NCBI GenBank assembly: GCA_964016885.1
Contig: OZ024744.1
Location: 19,158,001-19,222,000 of the forward strand
Reading direction: 5' to 3'
DNA length: 64,000 nucleotides
From: Eledone cirrhosa
Taxonomy: Eukaryota
Part shown: piece by piece, positions 56,501 through 64,000 of the stretch
How positions within the stretch are numbered: position 1 is the stretch's first letter
Layout of the letters: the number at the start of each line of letters is the position of its first letter
Notes under the pieces: model-generated
Seen by the model: only the letters and a program-made list of their open reading frames with translations
Databases searched by the model: none
What the model was told of the DNA's origin: nothing
Program-made: the position numbers and the translations under genes

Positions 56501-59100
56501 CTGTGTCACTGTGTATGTCACTGTATATGTGTGTATGTGTGTGTCATTGTTTATGTCACTGTGTGTTTCTGTATGTATGTGTCACTGTGTATGTAACTGT
56601 ATATTGTGTATGTTTGTGTCACTGTGTATGTCACTGTCTGTTTATGTATGTCTGTGTCACTGTTTGTGTCACTGTGTGTTTCTGTATGCCTGTGTCTCTG
56701 TGTATGTCAATGTGTCTTTGTATATGTCTGTGTCACTGTGTATATCACTGTATGTTTGTGTATGTCTGTGTCACTGTGTATGTCACTGTATGTTTTTGTA
56801 TGTCTGTGTCACTGTGTATGTCACTGTGTGTTTATGTATGTCTGTGTCACTGTGTATGTCACTGTATATTTGTGTATGGCTGTGTCACTGTGTATGTCAC
56901 TGTGTTTTTGGGTATGTCTGTGTCACTGTGTATGTCACTGTGTATTTGTGTATGGAGGTGCCACTGTGTATGTCACTGTATGTTTGTGTATGTATGTGTC
57001 AGTGCGTATGTCACTGGGTGTTTCTGAATGTCTGTGTCACTGTGTATGTCACTGTAGGTTTTTGTATGTCTGTGTCACTGTGTATGTCACTCTGTGTTTC
57101 TCTATGTCTGTGTCACTGTGTATGTCACTGTATATTTGTGTATGTCTGTGTCACTGTGTATGTCACTGTATATTTGTGTATGTCTGTGTCACCGTGTATG
57201 TCACTGTATATTTGTGTATGTCTATGGCACTATGTATGTCATTGTGTGTTTCTGTATGTCTGTGTCACTCTGTATATCTCTGTATCTTTGTGTATGTCTG
57301 TGTCACCGTGTATGCCAGTGTATCTTTGTGTATGTCTATGTCACTGTGTATGTCACTGTATCTTTGTGTATGTCTGTGTCACTGTGTATGTCACTGTGTG
57401 TTTGTGTATGTCTGTGTCAAGGTGTATGTCACTGTATGTTTGTGTATGTCTGTGTCACTGTGTATGTCACTGTGAGATTATGTATGTCTGAGGCACTGTG
57501 TATGTCACAGTGTGTTTCTGTATGTCTGTGTCACTGTGTATGTCACTGTATGTCTCTGTATGTCTGTGTCACTGTCTATGTCACTGTATCGTTGTGTATG
57601 TCTGTGTCACTGTGTATGTCACTGTGTGTTTCTCAATGTATGTGTCACTGTGTATGTCACTGTGTGTTTCTGTATGTCTGTGTCTCTATGTATGTCACTG
57701 TATATGTGTGTATGTGTGTGTCATTGTGTATGTCACTGTGTGTTTCTGTATGTCTGTGTCACTGTGTATGTAACTGTATATTGTGTATGTTTGTGTCACT
57801 GTGTATGTCACTGTCTGTTTATGTATGTCTGTGTCACTGTTTGTGTCACTGTGTGTTTCTGTATGCCTGTGTCTCTGTGTATGTCAATGTGTCTTTGTGT
57901 ATGTCTGTGTCTCCGTGTATGTCACTGGGTGTTTCTGTATGTCTGTGTCACTGTGTGTTTCTGTATATCTGTGTCTCTGTGTATGTCACTGTATCTGTGT
58001 GTATGTCTGTGTCACTGTGTATGTCACTGTATATGTGTGTATGTGTGTGTCATTGTGTATGTCACTGTGTGTTTCTGTATGTATGTGTCACTGTGTATGT
58101 AACTGTATATTGTGTATGTTTGTGTCACTGTGTATGTCACTGTCTGTTTATGTATGTCTGTGTCACTGTTTGTGTCACTGTGTGTTTCTGTATGCCTGTG
58201 TCTCTGTGTATGTCAATGCGTCTTTGTATATGTCTGTGTCACTGTGTATATCACTGTATGTTTGTGTATGCCTGTGTCACTGTGTATGTCACCCTATGTT
58301 TGTCTATGTCTGTGTCACTGTGTATGTCACTGTATGTTTCTGTATGTCTGTGTCACTGTGTATGTCAATGTGTGTTTCTGTATCTCTGTGTCACGGCGTA
58401 TGTCACTGTATGTTTGTGTATGTCTGTGTCACTGTGTATGTCACTGTATGTTTCTCTATGTCTGTGTCACTGTGTATGTCACTGTATGTTTCTGTATGTC
58501 TGTGCCACTGTGTATGTCACTGTATGTTTCTGAAAGTCGGTGTCACTGTGTATGTCACTGTATGTTTCTCTATGTCTGTGTCACTATGTATGTAACTGTA
58601 TGTTTGTGTATGTCTGTGTCACTGTGTATGTCACTGTATGTTTGTGTATGTCTGTGTCACTGTCTATGTCACTGTGTGTTTCTGTATGTCTGTGTCATTG
58701 TGTATGTCACTGTATGTTTCTGTATGTCTGTGTCACTGTGTATATCACTGTGTATATCACTGTGTGTTCCTGTATGTCTGCGTCACTGTGTATGTCACTG
58801 TATCTTTGTGTATGTATGTGTCACCGTGGATGTCACTGTATCTCTGTGTATGTCTGTGTCACTGTCAATGTCACTGTATCTTTGTGTATGTCTGTGTCAC
58901 TGTGTATGTCACTGTGTGTTTGTGTATGCATGTGTCACTGTGTATGTCACTGGGTGTTTCTGTGTGTCTGTGTCACTCTGTATGTCACTGTATCTTTGTG
59001 TATGTCTGTGTCACCGTGTATGTCACTGTATCTTTGTGTATGTATGTGTCACTGTGTATGTCACTTTGTGTTTCTGTATGTCTGTGTCACGGTGTATGTC
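50540..59100 (+). repeat. Duplicated block of about 3.2 kb at an offset of about 5.33 kb (about 50.5-53.8 kb and 55.9-59.1 kb)
   Basis: Offsets are 5334-5336 bp (50658/55992, 51758/57094, 52776/58112, 53204/58540). Both copies share the private variants GCCAGTGTATC (about 51978, 57314) and CAATGCGTC (about 52878, 58214). Confidence 0.88.
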
Positions 59101-59419
59101 ACTGTATATTTGTGTATGTCTGTGCCACTGTGTATGTCACTGTATATGTGTGTATGTCTGTGTCACTGTGTATGTCACTGTGTGTTTCTGTATGTATGTG
59201 TCACTGTGTATGTAACTGTATATTTGTGTATGTTTGTGTCACTGTGTATGTCACTGTCTGTTTATGTATGTCTGTGTCACTGTTTGTGTCACTGTGTGTT
59301 TCTGTATGCCTGTGTCTCTGTGTATGTCAATGTGTCTTTGTATATGTCTGTGTCACGGCGTATGTCACTGTATGTTTGTGTATGTCTGTGTCACTGTGTA
59401 TGTCACTGTGTGTTTCTGT

Positions 59420-62400
59420 ATGTCTGTGTCTCTGTGTATGTCACTGTATCTCTGTGTATGTCTGTGTCACTGTGTATGTCACTGTGTGTTTGTGTATGCC
59501 TGTGTGACTGTGTATTTCACTGTTTGTTTCTTTATGTATGTGTCACTGTGTATGTCACTGTGTGTTTCTGTATGTCCGTGTCACTGTGTATGTCACTGTA
59601 TCTTTGTGTATGTCTGTGTCACTGTGTATGTCACTGTGTGTTTCTGTATGTCTGTGTCACTGTGTATGTCAATGTGTGTTTCTGTATGCCTGTGTCTGTG
59701 TATGTCACTGTATCTTTGTGTATGTCTGTGTCACGGTGTATGTCACTGTATGTTTGTGTATGCCTGTGTCACTCTTATATCAATGAATGTTTCTGTATGT
59801 CTATGTCTCTGTGTATGTCACTGTATCTTTGTGTATGTCTGTGGCACTCTGTATGTCATTGTGTGTTTCTGTATGTCTGTGTCACTGTCTATGTCACTGT
59901 ATCTTTGTGTATGTCTGTGTCACTGTGTATGTCACTGTGTGTTTGTGTATGCCTGTGTCACTGTGTATGTCACTGTGTGTTTCTATATGTCTGTGTCACT
60001 GTGTATGTCACTGGGTGTTTCTCAATGTCTGTGTCACTTTGTATGTCACTGTATCTTTGTGTATGTATGTGTCACTGTGTATGTCCCTGTATCTTTGTGT
60101 ATGTCTGTGTCACCGTGTATGTCACTGTATCTGTGTATGTATGTGTCACTGTGTAAGTCATTGTATCTTTGTGTATGTCTGTGGCACTCTGTATGTCACT
60201 GTGTGTTTCTATATGTCTGTGTCACTGTCTATGTCACTGTATCTTTGTGTATGTATGTGTCACTGTGTATGTCACTGTGTGTTTCTGTATGTCTGTGTCT
60301 CTGTGTATGTCACTGTATCTCTGTGTATGTCTGTGTCACTGTGTATGTCACTCTGTGTTTGTGTATGCCTGTGTGACTGTGTATTTCACTGTTTGTTTCT
60401 TTATGTATGTGTCACTGTGTATGTCACTGTGTGTTTCTGTATGTCTGTGTCACTGTGTATGTCACTGTATCTTTGTGTATGTCTGTGTCACTGTGTATGT
60501 CACTGTGTGTTTCTGTATGTCTGTGTCACTGTGTATGTCATTGTGTGTTTCTGTATGCCTGTGTCTGTGTATGTCACTGTATCTTTGTGTATGTCTGTGT
60601 CACGGTGTATGTCACTGTATGTTTGTGTATGCCTGTGTCACTCTTATATCAATGAATGTTTCTGTATGTCTATGTCTCTGTGTATGTCACTGTATCTTTG
60701 TGTATGCCTGTGGCACTCTGTATGTCATTGTGTGTTTCTGTATGTCTGTGTCACTGTCTATGTCACTGTATCTTTGTGTATGTCTGTGTCACTGTGTATG
60801 TCACTGTGTGTTTCTGTATGTCTGTGTCACTGTGTATGTCACTGGGTGTTTCTCCAAGTCTGTGTCACTTTGTATGTCACTGTATCTTTGTGTATGTATG
60901 TGTCACTGTGTATGTCCCTGTATCTTTGTGTATGTCTGTGTCACCGTGTATGTCACTGTATCTTTGTGTATGTATGTGTCACTGTGTAAGTCATTGTATC
61001 TTTGTGTATGTCTGTGGCACTCTGTATGTCACTGTGTGTTTCTATATGTCTGTGTCACTGTCTATGTCACTGTATCTTTGTGTATTTATGTGTCACTGTG
61101 TATGTCACTGTGTGTTTCTGTATGTCTGTGTCTCTGTGTATGTCACTGTATCTCTGTGTATGTATGTGTCACTGTGTATGTCACTGTGTGTTTGTGTATG
61201 CCTGTGTGACTGTGTATTTCACTGTTTGTTTCTTTATGTATGTGTCACTGTGTATGTCACTGTGTGTTTCTGTATGTCTGTGTCACTGTGTATGTCACTG
61301 TATCTTTGTGTATGTCTGTGTCACTGTGTATGTCACTGTGTGTTTCTGTATGTCTGTGTCACTGTGTATGTCAATGTGTGTTTCTGTATGCCTGTGTCTG
61401 TGTATGTCACTGTATCTTTGTGTATGTCTGTGTCACGGTGTATGTCACTGTATGTTTGTGTATGCCTGTGTCACTCTTATATCAATGAATGTTTCTGTAT
61501 GTCTATGTCTCTGTGTATGTCACTGTATCTTTGTGTATGTTTGTGGCACTCTGTATGTCATTGTGTGTTTCTGTATGTCTGTGTCACTGTCTATGTCACT
61601 GTATCTTTGTGTATGTCTGTGTCACTGTGTATGTCACTGTGTGTTTGTGTATGCCTGTGTCACTGTGTATGTCACTGTGTGTTTCTATATGTCTGTGTCA
61701 CTGTGTATGTCACTGGGTGTTTCTCAATGTCTGTGTCACTTTGTATGTCACTGTATCTTTGTGTATGTATGTGTCACTGTGTATGTCCCTGTATCTTTGT
61801 GTATGTCTGTGTCACCGTGTATGTCACTGTATCTGTGTATGTATGTGTCACTGTGTAAGTCATTGTATCTTTGTGTATGTCTGTGGCACTCTGTATGTCA
61901 CTGTGTGTTTCTATATGTCTGTGTCACTGTCTATGTCACTGTATCTTTGTGTATGTATGTGTCACTGTATATGTCACTGTGTGTTTCTGTATGTCTGTGT
62001 CTCTGTGTATGTCACTGTATCTCTGTGTATGTCTGTGTCACTGTGTATGTCACTCTGTGTTTGTGTATGCCTGTGTGACTGTGTATTTCACTGTTTGTTT
62101 CTTTATGTATGTGTCACTGTGTATGTCACTGTGTGTTTCTGTATGTCTGTGTCACTGTGTATGTCACTGTATCTTTGTGTATGTCTGTGTCACTGTGTAT
62201 GTCACTGTGTGTTTCTGTATGTCTGTGTCACTGTGTATGTCATTGTGTGTTTCTGTATGCTTGTGTCTGTGTATGTCACTGTATCTTTGTGTATGTCTGT
62301 GTCACGGTGTATGTCACTGTATGTTTGTGTATGCCTGTGTCACTCTTATATCAATGAATGTTTCTGTATGTCTATGTCTCTGTGTATGTCACTGTATCTT

Positions 62401-62980
62401 TGTGTATGCCTGTGGCACTCTGTATGTCATTGTGTGTTTCTGTATGTCTGTGTCACTGTCTATGTCACTGTATCTTTGTGTATGTCTGTGTCACTGTGTA
62501 TGTCACTGTGTGTTTGTGTATGCCTGTGTCACTGTGTATGTTACTGTGTGTTTCTGTATGTCTGTGTCACTGTGTATGTCACTGGGTGTTTCTCCAAGTC
62601 TGTGTCACTTTGTATGTCACTGTATCTTTGTGTATGTATGTGTCACTGTGTATGTCCCTGTATCTTTGTGTATGTCTGTGTCACCGTGTATGTCACTGTA
62701 TATTTGTGTATGTATGTGTCACTGTGTAAGTCATTGTATCTTTGTGTATGTCTGTGGCACTCTGTATGTCACTGTGTGTTTCTATATGTCTGTGTCACTG
62801 TCTATGTCACTGTATCTCTGTGTATGTATGTGTCACTGTGTATGTCACTGTGTGTTTCTGTATGTCTGTGTCTGTGTATGTCACTGTATCTCTGTGTATG
62901 TCTGTGTCACTGTGTATGTCACTGTGTGTTTGTGTATGCCTGTGTGACTGTGTATTTCACTGTTTGTTTCTTTATGTCTG
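59420..62980 (+). repeat. About 4 tandem copies of the 869-bp sub-repeat (one is 833 bp)
   Basis: Marker stops at 59786, 60655, 61488 and 62357 (spacing 869, 833, 869). 833 equals 871 minus one 38-bp monomer. Confidence 0.9.
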
Positions 62981-64000
62981 TGTCACTGTGTATGTCACTG
63001 GGTGTTTCTGTATGTCTGTGTCACTCTGTATGTCACTCTATCTTTGTGTATGTCTCTGTCACCGTGTATGTCACTGTGTCTTTGTGTATATGTGTGTAAC
63101 CATGTAAGTAACTTATCTTTGTGTATGTCTGTGTCACTGTGTATGTCGCTGTGTCTTTCTGTATGTCTGTGTATCTGTGTATGTCACTGTATCTTTGTGG
63201 ATGTCTGTGTCACCGTGTATGTCACTGTATCTTTGTGTATGTCTATGTCACTGTGTATGTCAATTCTGTGTTTCTGTATGTCTGTGTCACTGTGAATGTC
63301 ACTGTATCTTTGTGTATGTCTGTGTCGCGGTGTATGTCACTGTATCTTTGTGTATGTCTGTGTCACAGTGTATGTCACTGTATGTTTCTGTATGTCTGTC
63401 ACTGTGTATATCAATGTATGTGTATGTATGCATGTGTCACTGTGTATATCAATGTATGTTTCTGTATGTCTATGTCTCTGTATGTCACTGTATCTTTGTG
63501 TATGACTGTGTCACTGTGTATGTCACTGTGTGTTTGTGTGTGTCTGTGTCACTGTGTATGTCACTGTATGTTTCTCTATGTCTGTGTCACTGTGTATGTC
63601 ACTGTATGTTTCTGTATGTCTGTGCCACTGTGTATGTCACTGTATGTTTCTGTATGTCGGTGTCACTGTGTATGTCACTGTATGTTTCTCTATGTCTGTG
63701 TCACTATGTATGTCACTGTGTGTTTCTGTATGTCTGTGTCACTGTGTATGTCACTGTATGTTTCTGTATGTCTGTGTCACTGTGTATGTCAATGTGTTTG
63801 TATGTGTTTGTGTCACTGTGTATGTCACTGTATGTTTCTGTATGTCTGTGTCACTGTGTATGTCACTGTATGTTTGTGTGTGTCTGTGTCACTGTGTATG
63901 TCACTGTGTTTTTGCGTGTGTCTGTGTCACTGTGTATGTCACTGTGTGTTTGTGTATGTATGTGTCACTGTGTATGTCACTGTGTGTTTCTGTATGTCTG

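Larger units (their letters stand above)
1..64000 (+). repeat. Tandem satellite/minisatellite array of a 38-bp monomer (consensus TATGTCTGTGTCACTGTGTATGTCACTGTGTGTTTCTG), about 1,700 head-to-tail copies, single orientation, extending beyond both window edges
   Basis: The monomer can be read directly throughout, and TCACTG recurs at alternating 12- and 26-bp spacing. All three + frames translate to the same 38-aa cycle ([28 protein letters not shown]), which is 3 monomers or 114 bp. I saw no unique sequence longer than about 20 bp. Confidence 0.99.

Noticed and set aside
2-63505. Long + strand ORFs (up to 1439 aa) rich in Cys, Val, Met, Leu and His with CxC/CHC motifs, superficially metallothionein- or keratin-associated-protein-like
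   Set aside because: All three frames are open and give the same 38-aa cycle because the 38-bp monomer has no stop codon. Stops and frameshifts occur at random variants and show no frame preference, and there are no unique termini or domains.
1-64000. CRISPR array (repeat length in the 28-38 bp range with a variable segment)
   Set aside because: The variable part is only about 8 nt with a few recurring states. There are no unique spacers, leader or cas genes.
1-64000. Telomerase-made telomeric repeat (TG-rich strand)
   Set aside because: There is no TTAGGG-like G-run unit, and variants are inherited in kilobase higher-order blocks, which indicates recombinational amplification rather than templated addition. 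A subtelomeric location is not excluded.
1-64000. A genuine Ig/TCR locus with D or J segments between RSSs
   Set aside because: No V, D or J coding segments, FGxG/WGxG motifs or unique sequence flank the heptamers, and all signals are co-oriented inside the repeat.
1-64000. Dense transcription-factor motifs (TGACA TALE-homeodomain core, CAGAC Smad element)
   Set aside because: These are 5-bp matches that are inevitable once present in a monomer, and nothing supports regulatory function.
1-64000. Inversions, transposon insertions, RNA genes or G-quadruplexes
   Set aside because: I saw no CA-rich + strand segment or non-satellite sequence, and G-runs of three or more are isolated.
1-64000. 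Pure sequencing or assembly artefact, or synthetic low-complexity sequence
   Set aside because: Nested shared variants and private SNPs form a coherent duplication history. Exact copy numbers still need read-level confirmation.

Overview
The whole 64 kb is one uninterrupted head-to-tail tandem array of a 38-bp TG-rich monomer, consensus TATGTCTGTGTCACTGTGTATGTCACTGTGTGTTTCTG (T18/G10/C6/A4, about 42% GC, about 1,700 copies). Both ends of the array lie outside the window. I see no credible gene, RNA gene, transposon or CRISPR array. The long Cys/Val/Met-rich + strand ORFs are artefacts of a stop-free repeat. Rare monomer variants act as markers and show nested higher-order structure: 329 bp, 869/871 bp, about 1.5 kb, about 3.7-4.3 kb, about 5.3 kb and about 9.2 kb. 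A block of derived variants appears right of about 30.6 kb. The most striking observation is on the minus strand, where the monomer has the geometry of a V(D)J recombination signal sequence (RSS): CACAGTG heptamer, 12-bp spacer, then an ACAAAAACC-like nonamer. A second heptamer 12 bp away gives a 22/24-bp spacer. Whether this is ancestry, function or convergence from (CA)n-like sequence cannot be decided from the sequence alone. The organism is probably a eukaryote (inference).
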